From the NCBI GenBank assembly GCA_041891055.1, contig CP169074.1, positions 736,001 through 800,000 of the forward strand: 64,000 nt of DNA, read 5' to 3'. Source of the stretch: Halorutilales archaeon Cl-col2-1 (GTDB lineage: Archaea > Halobacteriota > Halobacteria > Halobacteriales > Afararchaeaceae). How positions within the stretch are numbered: the first letter of the stretch is position 1; every line of letters begins with the position of its first letter. The notes under the pieces were generated by a model. The model did no database searches and had not been told where the DNA came from. It saw nothing but the letters and a program-made list of their open reading frames with translations. A program made the position numbers and the translations under genes. Below are positions 29,612 to 39,363 of this stretch, piece after piece.

Positions 29612-30265
29612 ATGGAGATACGTGGCGACAGGAGATGTCTCGAATGCGGATACGAGTGGAGCTACTTCGAGACCAACCGGATAAGATGTCCCGACTGCGG
29701 CAGCATGAGAAGCGAGAGCACCTCATCGGGACAGTTCGACACACAGGGAAGCGCGAACTCGGGGATAGGGTTCAACGAGCTTGTCTCAAAGACTGCGAGC
29801 TTCGAGGAGACTCTGTCGGAGGCTGAGGAGTCATGCCGTAAGTTCGTCTCGAACTACGGATTTATAGACGCGGGAGAGCTTCAGCCACCCTCTCCCGAGT
29901 ACGTCATGGCTGCGGAGGTCACCGAGATCGCAAACGGTCTTCTGACCTCCCGGGGAGACGTCGACGACGAAGAGAGGGAGTACGTCATAGACCTCCTCAG
30001 AGGCATAGAGTCGGGCGAGCCTCCCGCACCCGAGGAGCGTCCGTCGTCACTCGACAGCTACCACGCCCTCGCAGTCGCGCGTCTCGTCGACGAGTACTCG
30101 AAGGAGATACGGCGGTATGCGCGGATGAACGAGACTGACGTCCCGTCGGAGATAGAGACAGCGCGCGACAAGGCGAAGAGGACACAGGCAACCAGCGGCG
30201 AGAGACACGACGCAGTCGACGGTCTCAGAGATCTCAGGGAAGCATACGAAGAAGTTACTTCTTGA
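29612..30265 (+). CDS. Conserved haloarchaeal zinc-ribbon protein
   Basis: N-terminal CLEC...CPDC. Confidence 0.7.
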   Translation: MEIRGDRRCLECGYEWSYFETNRIRCPDCGSMRSESTSSGQFDTQGSANSGIGFNELVSKTASFEETLSEAEESCRKFVSNYGFIDAGELQPPSPEYVMAAEVTEIANGLLTSRGDVDDEEREYVIDLLRGIESGEPPAPEERPSSLDSYHALAVARLVDEYSKEIRRYARMNETDVPSEIETARDKAKRTQATSGERHDAVDGLRDLREAYEEVTS

Positions 30266-30275
30266 TCGTTTATCT

Positions 30276-31118
30276 CTACTCAGAAAGCTTAGCCGCCTCG
30301 ACCGTGTTACGGAGGAGCATCGCACGTGTCATGGGACCCACGCCGCCGGGAACGGGTGTCATCGCAGCCGCCTTCTCGCTGACCCCCTCGTAGTCGACGT
30401 CTCCGACGAGTTCACCGTCGACCTCGTTTATTCCAACGTCTATAACGACTGTTTCCTCCGAGACCATCTCGGGAGTCACGAACTCGGGTACTCCGACAGC
30501 GGCTACGATTATGTCGGCGCGTCGGGTGTGTTCCTCGACGTTCTGAGTCCCCGAGTGGCAGACTGTCACAGTCGCGTTCGCACCGTCTGACTTCTGGACT
30601 AAGAGGTTGGCAAGAGGCTTCCCGACTATGTCGGACCTACCGAGTATAACGACGTCTTTCCCATCGGGCGAGTTGCCGGTCGCCGTCAGGAGCTTCTGGA
30701 CACCCATCGGAGTTGCGGGGACGAACCTCGGACGTCCCTCCATCAGAAGACCCTTGTTCTCGGGATGGAAGCCGTCGACGTCCTTCTCGGGTGAGACCGC
30801 TTCGAGTGCCTTCGTCTCGTCTACGTGGTCGGGAAGAGGAAGCTGGACTATGAAGCCGTCGACCGAGTCGTCGTGGTTGAGGTCGTCTATCACCGACATC
30901 AGCTTCTCCTCGGGCTCCGAGGGATCTATACGTACGACCTCCGACTCTATGCCGACCTCGCCGCAGTCCTTCTCCTTCATCGAGACGTATGTCTCGCTCG
31001 CGGGGTCGTCGCTCATGAGAACTGCAACCAGCTTAGGAGGTGTCTCCATCTCCTCGACCTCCTCGCTTACAGAGTCCCTTACTTCCTCAGCCACGGATTC
31101 GCCGTCGATTACTTCCAT
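30276..31118 (-). CDS. folD: Methylenetetrahydrofolate dehydrogenase/cyclohydrolase
   Basis: YVSMK, VQLPLP, KDVDG, GRSDIVGKP, TPVPGGVGPMT. Confidence 0.96.
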   Translation of the reverse strand: MEVIDGESVAEEVRDSVSEEVEEMETPPKLVAVLMSDDPASETYVSMKEKDCGEVGIESEVVRIDPSEPEEKLMSVIDDLNHDDSVDGFIVQLPLPDHVDETKALEAVSPEKDVDGFHPENKGLLMEGRPRFVPATPMGVQKLLTATGNSPDGKDVVILGRSDIVGKPLANLLVQKSDGANATVTVCHSGTQNVEEHTRRADIIVAAVGVPEFVTPEMVSEETVVIDVGINEVDGELVGDVDYEGVSEKAAAMTPVPGGVGPMTRAMLLRNTVEAAKLSE

Positions 31119-31203
31119 GTCTCGAAATCGACCCGGAGGCGATTCAAGTTAACGGAACCGCGCCACCGCTAGTTTTTTACTCCCGTTTCCATAAGTAACT
31201 ACC

Positions 31204-31794
31204 ATGAGTGTCGAATCCAACAACATTATTAACGTCACATCAGAAGCCGCAACAAAGGCAAACGAACTCATGGAAGACAGGGGTCTCGACGGCTACGGCA
31301 TACGTATCTCCGTCGACTACAAGGGAGGAGACGCCGACTACTCTCTGGAGTTCTCACAGAAGCCGATGGACTCCGACAGGATCGTCGAGACTGACGGTCT
31401 GACACTCTTTATCGACTCCGAGTCGGAAGCCGCGGTTGAGGGGAGCACACTCGACTACGTAGTCGAGAACGGAAGGGGAGGCTTCACGGTGAAGTCAGCT
31501 GGGGGGAAAGAAGAGGCGGAGTTCGACGAGTCGACACCTGAGGGTCAGGTACGTTCGTTCCTCGTGCGTAACTTCCCACAGATACAGGGACACGGCGGTG
31601 AGGCAATCATAGAGGAACTCGACGAAGAAGAGGGATACGTCAAGCTCAGCTTAGAGGGGGCGTGTTCGGGCTGTGGCATATCCGACGCGACCGCCGAGGC
31701 GATAATGAGGAAACTGCCCAAGACGGTCGAGGGGATATCTAGGGTCGAGGTCGACGCGGGATCGGGCGGTGCAGGTGCCGACGTACCGTTCTAG
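31204..31794 (+). CDS. NfuA-like Fe-S protein: Cys-less IscA/HesB domain plus NifU C-terminal domain
   Basis: INVTSEAA...VEGSTLDYV...GFTV, then PQIQGHGG and LEGACSGC. Confidence 0.85.
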   Translation: MSVESNNIINVTSEAATKANELMEDRGLDGYGIRISVDYKGGDADYSLEFSQKPMDSDRIVETDGLTLFIDSESEAAVEGSTLDYVVENGRGGFTVKSAGGKEEAEFDESTPEGQVRSFLVRNFPQIQGHGGEAIIEELDEEEGYVKLSLEGACSGCGISDATAEAIMRKLPKTVEGISRVEVDAGSGGAGADVPF

Positions 31795-31848
31795 AGAACT
31801 GAGCCAAAAAGACTTACTTGGTTCCCCTCGTTGCTACTCTCATTCTAT

Positions 31849-33063
31849 ATGAACCCGGGAGAGTATGAGAAAAGACGTCGGGAGATCTCGGGGTCTGAGC
31901 TAGCTGAGGCGATAGGTCTCGACAACGACGAGATTCACGAGAGGAAGGAGTACGTCGGCTTCGACGGCGACGACATACAGACTCTTGAGGAGATGATGTC
32001 GGTCTTCGAGGATCTCGAGGACGAAATCGCCGAGGACTTCTATGACCACACTATGTCTTTCGAGGGGACGCGAGAGGTCATAGACAGATCCGACGTAACT
32101 GCTGACTACCTCAAGAAGGTTCACGGACCCTATCTCACACGTATGGGAATGGGAGACTACGGCAGGGAGTACTTCGAGGACAGGACACGTATAGGAAAGC
32201 TCCACGAGATGGTCGACATGCCCGTCAAGTACTACGTCGGCACCTACATGCTCTACTACGACAGGGTTATCTCTGAGATCTTCGACGGTCTCAAGTCGGA
32301 GAAGACAGACGACGCCGATATAGACGAGGCTAACGACAGGGTTATCTCGTTCCTGCGTGCTACCAACCTCGACCTTCAGGTCGCCATGGACACCTACATA
32401 GACTCGTACACTAAGGAGGTCGAGAGGAAGAACGACCGTCTCGAGGAGTTCGCGGAGGTAGTCTCACACGATCTCAGGAACCCTCTCAACGTCGCGCAGG
32501 GTCATCTCGAGATAGCAGCCTCACAGACGACCGACGAAACGGTTGAGAACAGCCTTAGAGAGGTCGATGAGGCTCTCGGCAGGATGGAGGAGCTGATACA
32601 GGACGTCCTCGAACTCGCGCGCCACGGGAGGTCGATAGAGAACGTATCCGCAGTCAGTCTCTCCGACGCCGTGGAGGAGGCTTGGGACAACGTCGACACC
32701 AGAGACGCTGAGATAGAAGTTGAGGTGGATGACGGAAACGACTCGGTCTGTTCGGATCACGACCGTCTGATCCAGCTTCTCGAAAACCTATTCAGGAACT
32801 CGATGGATCACGGCGGTGACGTCTCGGAGGTACGTGTGGGAAGGCTCGAAGACGGCTTCTACGTTGAGGATGACGGAGTCGGGATACCCGAAGGGGAGAG
32901 AGACGATATCTTCGAGTCGGGCTTCACGACATCCGACGAGGGCACGGGTCTAGGTCTCTCGATAGTCAAGGAGATCGCGGAGGCTCACGGCTGGAGAATC
33001 GAGGTCACCGAGGGCGATGACGGTGGCGCGAGGTTCGAAATAAGGGGAGTCGAGTCGGCTTAA
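31849..33063 (+). CDS. Globin-coupled sensor histidine kinase
   Basis: HemAT/protoglobin-like N-terminus (DFYDH...RIGKLH...YYVGTY), SHDLRNPL, HATPase N/G1/F/G2 boxes; ATG 31849. Confidence 0.87.
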   Translation: MNPGEYEKRRREISGSELAEAIGLDNDEIHERKEYVGFDGDDIQTLEEMMSVFEDLEDEIAEDFYDHTMSFEGTREVIDRSDVTADYLKKVHGPYLTRMGMGDYGREYFEDRTRIGKLHEMVDMPVKYYVGTYMLYYDRVISEIFDGLKSEKTDDADIDEANDRVISFLRATNLDLQVAMDTYIDSYTKEVERKNDRLEEFAEVVSHDLRNPLNVAQGHLEIAASQTTDETVENSLREVDEALGRMEELIQDVLELARHGRSIENVSAVSLSDAVEEAWDNVDTRDAEIEVEVDDGNDSVCSDHDRLIQLLENLFRNSMDHGGDVSEVRVGRLEDGFYVEDDGVGIPEGERDDIFESGFTTSDEGTGLGLSIVKEIAEAHGWRIEVTEGDDGGARFEIRGVESA

Positions 33064-33126
33064 CAGACCGACAGAGAAGGTAGAGTAACGCATTTTGGCG
33101 TGTGAAATCTACGTAGAGACGAGAAC

Positions 33127-33310
33127 ATGCAGGCTCAAGAGTCGGAGTCCTCGGACACGGAAGCACAGACTGAGGTTCTCATCACAGGTCTGAGAGACGA
33201 GGAGCCTGGAGACGTAGTAGGAGCCTTCACGAACGAGGCAGGTATCCGACCCTCACTGTCTGAAATATGTGTGTCGGCGATGACGCCAGTACGCTCCATG
33301 TAGTAACAGA
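33127..33310 (+). pseudogene. Degenerate DbpA-type RNA-binding domain fragment
   Basis: 58-aa ORF containing EPGDVVGAFTNEAGI; a shifted frame continues V*NMCVGDDASTLHV. Confidence 0.45.
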
Positions 33311-33389
33311 TACTTCCCAGATGCTGAAGCTTTCCGAATATCGGGACAGACAGAAGGTGTTAATATCCTGTGTCTAGGAGATATAACAA

Positions 33390-35447
33390 ATGACGACGAT
33401 GTCGGAAATATTGGAGAGCGACGTCGAGGAAGACTCTGTTACGTCAACACGTATAATTTCGTCCCTCTTCGTAACATTTCTCGGCGTCATCTTCATGACT
33501 ATTCATCTTCTGCATCTCATAGACGAAGACGGTCTGATTCCCCTCCTCACAGGTGTAGTATTCCCTTCCGCCTTTGCTGTCTTTCTCATATACGCGGGAT
33601 ACAGACTCTTCAAGTCGAACCTGACTGACTCAGAGAGGTTGGGTGTCGTATCTTGGACTGTGGTAGGAGGAGTGGGTATAGGGAGTTTCTTCATTGCGGC
33701 AGTTGTCTACAATATGTACGAGGGCGGTAGTATGCGTCACCCGGTTTTTCTCCTCATCAACTCCCTAAACGTAGGAGCCGCAGTGGGCTTCACAGTGGGA
33801 TGGTACTACTCTAAGGAGAGCCATCAGATAAGTCTGCTACAGAACGAGAGACTAGAGCTATCAAAGCAGAGACGTAAACTCGAAGAAGCACAGGAGATGG
33901 CTCATGTAGGACACTGGGAATGGAATCCCGACACAGGGGAGATGGAATGGTCAGATGAGATGTTCCGTATACTCGGACTGACTCCCGACGAGATAGAGCC
34001 AAAATACGACGACTTCGTAGAGTTCGTTTACCCCGACGACACGAAGAAGGTAAAGACGGCTATGGAGAAATCAGTCGAGAGTCATACCTTCGACATTGAC
34101 TACCGTGTAATCCGTTCGGACGGCGACATACGTGTAGTTCACCAGAAAGTCGACGTGTACGACTACGGTTACGGAGACGAGGAGGACAGCGTCAGTGGTG
34201 GTGATTATGACGGTAGGGAGAACTCTCCACGCGTCTTCGGAACAGTCAACGACGTGACACATGAGAGGAAGATAGACCATCTTCTCAACTCGATCAGAAG
34301 CATAAGCCAGATAGTAATCGAAGCCGAGAGAGAGGAGGAAGTATTCAACTCCTCCTTAGAGATACTCTCCGCAAGAAGTGATCAAGGATACGGGTTTGGA
34401 TGTGCTTCAATAGCTACATTCAAGTCCAAGGATACCGGTACAGAAGTTGACAGTATATATACAGCTAACCGGATAGGTGAGACCGAGAAGGAGAGTGAAG
34501 AGAGATGGCGCGAAGTATACACCGAGGAGTACATAGACGAGGTTCTCGATGAGGGGACTCTAACCATAGACGACGTAACCCAGCCGCCGTACGAACACCA
34601 CGATGAAGACAGTCTAAGCCACGGAGCCATCGGAGTTAGTCTGAGACACCGAGATAACTTTTACGGAGTGATGACTCTCCATATCCCCTCTCCCTCACAG
34701 ATCTCAGAGGAGGAGAGACATCTCATAGACGAGATCGCGAGTAACATCTCACGTGGCATATACGCTCTACGAGCCGAGGAAAGGATAGAGAACGAGAGGG
34801 ACGAGTTAGCTCTACTCAACCGTATCGTCCGCCACGACATACGTAACGACATGAATCTCGTCTTAGGCTGGGGAGACATGCTGAGAGACCACGTCGACGA
34901 CGAGGGTGAGGAGTACCTCGAAACCGTCCTGAGTACGAGTGAACACGTAGTTGACCTCACGAAGACAGCGCGCGACTTCGTCGACGCAATAGAAAAGGAA
35001 GAGGAGATCGATCTCAGACCCGTCTCCCTGACCTCCGTACTGAAAGAAACCGTTGAGAGTAGAAGGCAGACCTACGATGAAGCCGAGTTCGAGTCCGGGG
35101 AGATACCGAAAGTCGAGGTACGTGCAAACGATCTTCTTTCGACTGTCTTCAGGAACCTCCTCAACAACGCCGTACAGCACAACGACAAGGAGACGCCGAG
35201 GGTCGAGGTATCAGCCGAGGAGAAAGACGTGGAAGTAGTCGTCTCTGTCGCAGACAACGGTCTCGGGGTTCCAGATACACAGAAGGAGAGTATCTTCGGA
35301 AGAGGCGAGAAAGGTCTCGAAAGCGAGGGAACAGGGATAGGTCTGTATCTCGTCGATACACTCGTCGACGAGTACGGCGGCGATGTCTGGGTCGAGGATA
35401 ACGAACCGGAGGGAAGCGTGTTTAAGATAAAGCTACCTAAGTGGTGA
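33390..35447 (+). CDS. Membrane PAS-GAF sensor histidine kinase
   Basis: Four TM segments, PAS (GHWEWN...WSDE), GAF, RHDIRND, NAVQHND, GTGIGL. Confidence 0.9.
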   Translation: MTTMSEILESDVEEDSVTSTRIISSLFVTFLGVIFMTIHLLHLIDEDGLIPLLTGVVFPSAFAVFLIYAGYRLFKSNLTDSERLGVVSWTVVGGVGIGSFFIAAVVYNMYEGGSMRHPVFLLINSLNVGAAVGFTVGWYYSKESHQISLLQNERLELSKQRRKLEEAQEMAHVGHWEWNPDTGEMEWSDEMFRILGLTPDEIEPKYDDFVEFVYPDDTKKVKTAMEKSVESHTFDIDYRVIRSDGDIRVVHQKVDVYDYGYGDEEDSVSGGDYDGRENSPRVFGTVNDVTHERKIDHLLNSIRSISQIVIEAEREEEVFNSSLEILSARSDQGYGFGCASIATFKSKDTGTEVDSIYTANRIGETEKESEERWREVYTEEYIDEVLDEGTLTIDDVTQPPYEHHDEDSLSHGAIGVSLRHRDNFYGVMTLHIPSPSQISEEERHLIDEIASNISRGIYALRAEERIENERDELALLNRIVRHDIRNDMNLVLGWGDMLRDHVDDEGEEYLETVLSTSEHVVDLTKTARDFVDAIEKEEEIDLRPVSLTSVLKETVESRRQTYDEAEFESGEIPKVEVRANDLLSTVFRNLLNNAVQHNDKETPRVEVSAEEKDVEVVVSVADNGLGVPDTQKESIFGRGEKGLESEGTGIGLYLVDTLVDEYGGDVWVEDNEPEGSVFKIKLPKW

Positions 35448-35451
35448 CCAC

Positions 35452-36510
35452 ATGGGACGACTCTACGGAGCTGTGTCGGATCTCGGGGTTGAGGTTGAGG
35501 GATACAGCCTAAGACTCAACCGGAAGGAAGTCTCGAAGGGATTCGAGAGGGTAACTACTGAGATAACTGTCCACGGCGACTCAGAGAAAGGAAGAGGCGA
35601 GGACGTAACCTACGACGCCGAGAGCCACCGGAACTGGGTCGATCTGGAGAGTAAGACTAACCTAACCGGAAGCTTCAGCCTCGACGGCTTCTCAAACCGT
35701 CTCGACGGGATAGACCTGTTCCCCGGTGATCCTCCTCGTCCTTACTACCGTAACTACAGAAGATGGGGTCTCGAAAGCGCAGTCCTCGATCTGGCTCTTA
35801 AACAGGCAGAAACTAACCTCGGCGGTATCCTCGGACGCGACTACTCCGACGTTAGATTCGTCGTCAGCCGTGACCTGGGTGACCCGCCGAGCGTCGAAAA
35901 GCTCCACGATGTGGTCGATATCTACCCCGAAGCCGAGTTCAAGCTCGACGCGACCACCGAATGGGACTCGGAACTCGTCTCCGAAATTCCCGAAGAGAAG
36001 GTAATGATACTGGACATGAAAGGAATGTACGACGAGGATCTCGACGTGTCACAGCCTCCTGATCCGAGCCTGTATTCGCTTGTAAGTGACAGCTTCCCCG
36101 ATGCTATTATAGAAGATCCCAAGCTGACTGACGAGACGCGTGGGATACTCTCGGACTACGGCGGACGTATATCGTGGGACAAGCCGGTTGAGAGCCTCGC
36201 CGATGTGAAGTCAGTTGAGTCCGAGACCGGAGAGACATGTATCAATATCAAGCCGTCGAGGTTCGGAACCGTCGAGAGTCTTTTCGATTCTATCGACTAC
36301 TGCGAAAATAACGGGATAATGATGTACGGAGGAGGTCAGTTCGAGCTCGGGGTAGGTCGTGAACAGATACAGTGTCTCGCGTCTCTGTTCTACCCCGACT
36401 CGCCAAACGACGTAGCACCGCGGTCGTATAACTCACCGCCTTTCGAGGGAGCTCCTCGAAGTCCGCTTGAGACACCGCCAAACACAAACAGGGATGGATT
36501 CGGTCTCTAA
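35452..36510 (+). CDS. Enolase-superfamily-like protein of unknown substrate
   Basis: GRGE capping domain, ESAVLDLAL, FKLD, IEDP, SWD, NIKPSR. Confidence 0.65.
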   Translation: MGRLYGAVSDLGVEVEGYSLRLNRKEVSKGFERVTTEITVHGDSEKGRGEDVTYDAESHRNWVDLESKTNLTGSFSLDGFSNRLDGIDLFPGDPPRPYYRNYRRWGLESAVLDLALKQAETNLGGILGRDYSDVRFVVSRDLGDPPSVEKLHDVVDIYPEAEFKLDATTEWDSELVSEIPEEKVMILDMKGMYDEDLDVSQPPDPSLYSLVSDSFPDAIIEDPKLTDETRGILSDYGGRISWDKPVESLADVKSVESETGETCINIKPSRFGTVESLFDSIDYCENNGIMMYGGGQFELGVGREQIQCLASLFYPDSPNDVAPRSYNSPPFEGAPRSPLETPPNTNRDGFGL

Positions 36511-36529
36511 TTCATTCATTCGAGTTCAT

Positions 36530-38260
36530 TCATCTCCGTCTCCACCACCAGACTACGAAGACTAGAGCCGCTGTACCTATGAGAGCGACTGCGGGTAGAT
36601 CCGCCTCGGTGGTCTCGTCTCTCAGAGTTACCTGAAACGTATGTGTCTCAGTCCTTCTGTGACCCTCGGAGTCGTCGTATCCGAGACGTACCGTGACGTA
36701 CTTGTCTCCCGCGACGGCGTCGTCAGAGACGTCGAGGTGGTAACGGAGACTCGACTTATCGCCGGGGTCGAGAGCCGCGACATACGAGTTGGAGTCGTCG
36801 GTGGAGAACGGCTCTTCGACAGTCAGCGACGCCGTGACATCCGTGAAGGTCGAGTTACGGAGGTTCGTGATACTCGCGTTCACCGAGGTCTCCTCGCCGA
36901 CTTCGACGGTCGTGTCTTCGGACTCTATGACGAAGTCGTCGGTGTCGGGTAGAACCTCCGCCGAAGCCTCGTGGCTGTCACTCGTCTCGACATTACCCAG
37001 TCTGTCGGTGTACTCGACGCCGATCCTGAAACGGTGTCTCCCCGGGGCTGCATACTCGGGTACGTCGAGACGGAACCGGAAGCTCTGAGACGTGTTAGGT
37101 CGGAGGTCGCCGAGTGGATACTGGGTCACTGAGGCTGTGGGAGTGGAAGACAGAGACACATCTCGGTGTGACGCGTAAGCCTCCGAAGAGGTCGAGTTAT
37201 AACCCACGAGAGGAACTGACGTATGTCTCAGAACCACGACGGCGTCGCGTGCGACTCTTTCCCCCGTGTTTTCGACAGTCGCCTCTAAGAAGCCTTCCTC
37301 GCCGACCCTGAGGCTCGGAGTCACGTCGGAGACCTTAAAGGCTGTCTCTCGGAGAGGCTGTAGACCGAGTTCGAGTCTGTCGGAGGTGGAGTTCTCACCG
37401 TCGGAGTCGGTGTATCTCACAACGGCGTCGAGGGAGTAGTTGGTGGCGTCGACGTCGTCGGCTACCGAGACCGTCTGTCTCAGGCTTCTCGTCTCACCCG
37501 GCTCCCAGTCGCCGGTGAACTTCGTCGTCGAAGTCGGAGCCGGGGTCGAAGTCGAAGCTGAGATCGAGGTCGAGGTAGAAGACATGTCGCCGACTGTAAC
37601 CTCGGTGTTACGGGACGTCAGTCTAACCGTGGAGGCGTTCGCCGTCTCGGATCCGACGTTCTCGATCCCGACCGTGAGACTCCCGGCTCCGCCGACCTCG
37701 ACGTCCGACTCGACCCAAGTCACCTCGAACTCCGCCGACGGCTCTACCACGAGAGTCACGTACTTAGTCAGGTCACGCGAGAAGTCAGTGTAATCGGGCG
37801 ATGTTACGTCGCTGTACTCGACCGCACGCGTGAACCTGTACTCGACTTCTACGGGAAGACGGTATCTCCCGGGCTCTGCGTCGTCGTCTACGACGACCTC
37901 GAAGCTGTAAGGTCCGTGTGACCCCTCCGAAACCGATCCGACAGGGGTCTTAGAAGTCTTGACCTCGACGGGTGCGTTTCGCGCCCTGGGTTCGACTGTT
38001 ACTCCTCTCGCAGTCGTCACACGGCTCTCGTACTCCGCGGGTCCTCCCTGGACGATATTCCCCTCGTTGTTGAGATGTAGACCGAGAGTCGTAGTCTCAC
38101 CCGCCGAGACGGTGTTATGGGGAGCCAGAACCTCGATATCGGGACCACCGACGACAGTGTCGGCTGCCGACGCCGTAGACACAGACACGGGGGTTGTGAC
38201 TCCGGCTACGACCGCCAGGGCTATCCAAAGGCTTCGGGATGCCGACATCGACACCGACAT
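36530..38260 (-). CDS. COG1361 S-layer-like surface protein
   Basis: Signal peptide, repeated Ig/CARDB-like units (ENVGSETA, GDLRP, GRYRLPVEVEY), C-terminal TM plus RRR. Confidence 0.8.
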   Translation of the reverse strand: MSVSMSASRSLWIALAVVAGVTTPVSVSTASAADTVVGGPDIEVLAPHNTVSAGETTTLGLHLNNEGNIVQGGPAEYESRVTTARGVTVEPRARNAPVEVKTSKTPVGSVSEGSHGPYSFEVVVDDDAEPGRYRLPVEVEYRFTRAVEYSDVTSPDYTDFSRDLTKYVTLVVEPSAEFEVTWVESDVEVGGAGSLTVGIENVGSETANASTVRLTSRNTEVTVGDMSSTSTSISASTSTPAPTSTTKFTGDWEPGETRSLRQTVSVADDVDATNYSLDAVVRYTDSDGENSTSDRLELGLQPLRETAFKVSDVTPSLRVGEEGFLEATVENTGERVARDAVVVLRHTSVPLVGYNSTSSEAYASHRDVSLSSTPTASVTQYPLGDLRPNTSQSFRFRLDVPEYAAPGRHRFRIGVEYTDRLGNVETSDSHEASAEVLPDTDDFVIESEDTTVEVGEETSVNASITNLRNSTFTDVTASLTVEEPFSTDDSNSYVAALDPGDKSSLRYHLDVSDDAVAGDKYVTVRLGYDDSEGHRRTETHTFQVTLRDETTEADLPAVALIGTAALVFVVWWWRRR

Positions 38261-38343
38261 ATCGACTCAGTTTACTTCGTCACGCTTCGTATAAGTAGTT
38301 TAGGCGTACATATTTATAAAGAAGAGAGAGGTATACAGCCCCA

Positions 38344-39363
38344 GTGGCTCGGACCGACAGAGACCGAAAAGCCGAGGGCAACACGGCTGAGACTCCTCCG
38401 ATACGTGTTGAGGGTCTCACGAAGTACTACGGCGACGTCAAGGGCGTCGAGAGTCTGAGCTTCGAGGTCAGGAAAGGCGAGATATTCGGCTTCCTGGGTC
38501 CAAACGGCGCGGGAAAGTCGACTGCGATAAGGACGTTACTCGGCTTTCTGAAGCCGACTTCGGGAGAGGCGAGCCTCCTCGGTCACGACGCATTCGACAG
38601 ACGCGAACTCAGGGAGGCGAAGAAGAGTATCGGACACGTTCCGGGGAGTCTCGGCTTCTACGAGAAGCTCACAGGGCGCGATCTCCTCGACTACTACGGG
38701 GATCTCAAGGGCGACGACCGACGTGGTGAGATCCTCGACCTCTTCAGTTTCCCGCTCGACAGGAGGATTAAGGAGTACTCGCGCGGCAACAGACAGAAGC
38801 TCGCGCTCGTACAGGCGTTTATGCACGATCCCGACCTCGTGGTGATGGACGAGCCGACCGCGGGTCTCGACCCTCTAATGCAGAACAGCCTCTACGACTT
38901 CCTTGAGAGCGAGGTCGAAGACGGTCTGTCTGTCTTCTTCTCGTCACACATACTCAGCGAGGTGAGACGTATCTGTGACCGAGTAGCTATAATAAGAAAA
39001 GGGGAGGTAGTGGCTCTCGAAGAGATAGAGACACTCCTGCGTAAGAGCGGTAAGGTGGTCAGGCTGAGGCTGAGAGACAGTGCGACGCCCGAGGAGGTCG
39101 TCTCGGGACTACAAGGAGCCACGAACCCCTCAGTCGACGACGAGGGCTACACCGAGTTCGTTCTGACGGGAGAGTACGACAGTCTCGTAGACCGCCTCTC
39201 GGAGTACGAGATCGACGATATCGAGATAAGGGAGGCGTCACTCGACGACGTCTTCATGCATTTCTACACAGACACAGAAGACGACACCGATACCGACATA
39301 GACAGCCGCACACAAGCCGACAAAAACGAGGGGACAACTTCAGGAGGTGAAGACGGTGTTTGA
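38344..39363 (+). CDS. ABC exporter ATP-binding subunit
   Basis: GPNGAGKST, YSRGN, MDEPT, SSH. Confidence 0.94.
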   Translation: MARTDRDRKAEGNTAETPPIRVEGLTKYYGDVKGVESLSFEVRKGEIFGFLGPNGAGKSTAIRTLLGFLKPTSGEASLLGHDAFDRRELREAKKSIGHVPGSLGFYEKLTGRDLLDYYGDLKGDDRRGEILDLFSFPLDRRIKEYSRGNRQKLALVQAFMHDPDLVVMDEPTAGLDPLMQNSLYDFLESEVEDGLSVFFSSHILSEVRRICDRVAIIRKGEVVALEEIETLLRKSGKVVRLRLRDSATPEEVVSGLQGATNPSVDDEGYTEFVLTGEYDSLVDRLSEYEIDDIEIREASLDDVFMHFYTDTEDDTDTDIDSRTQADKNEGTTSGGEDGV

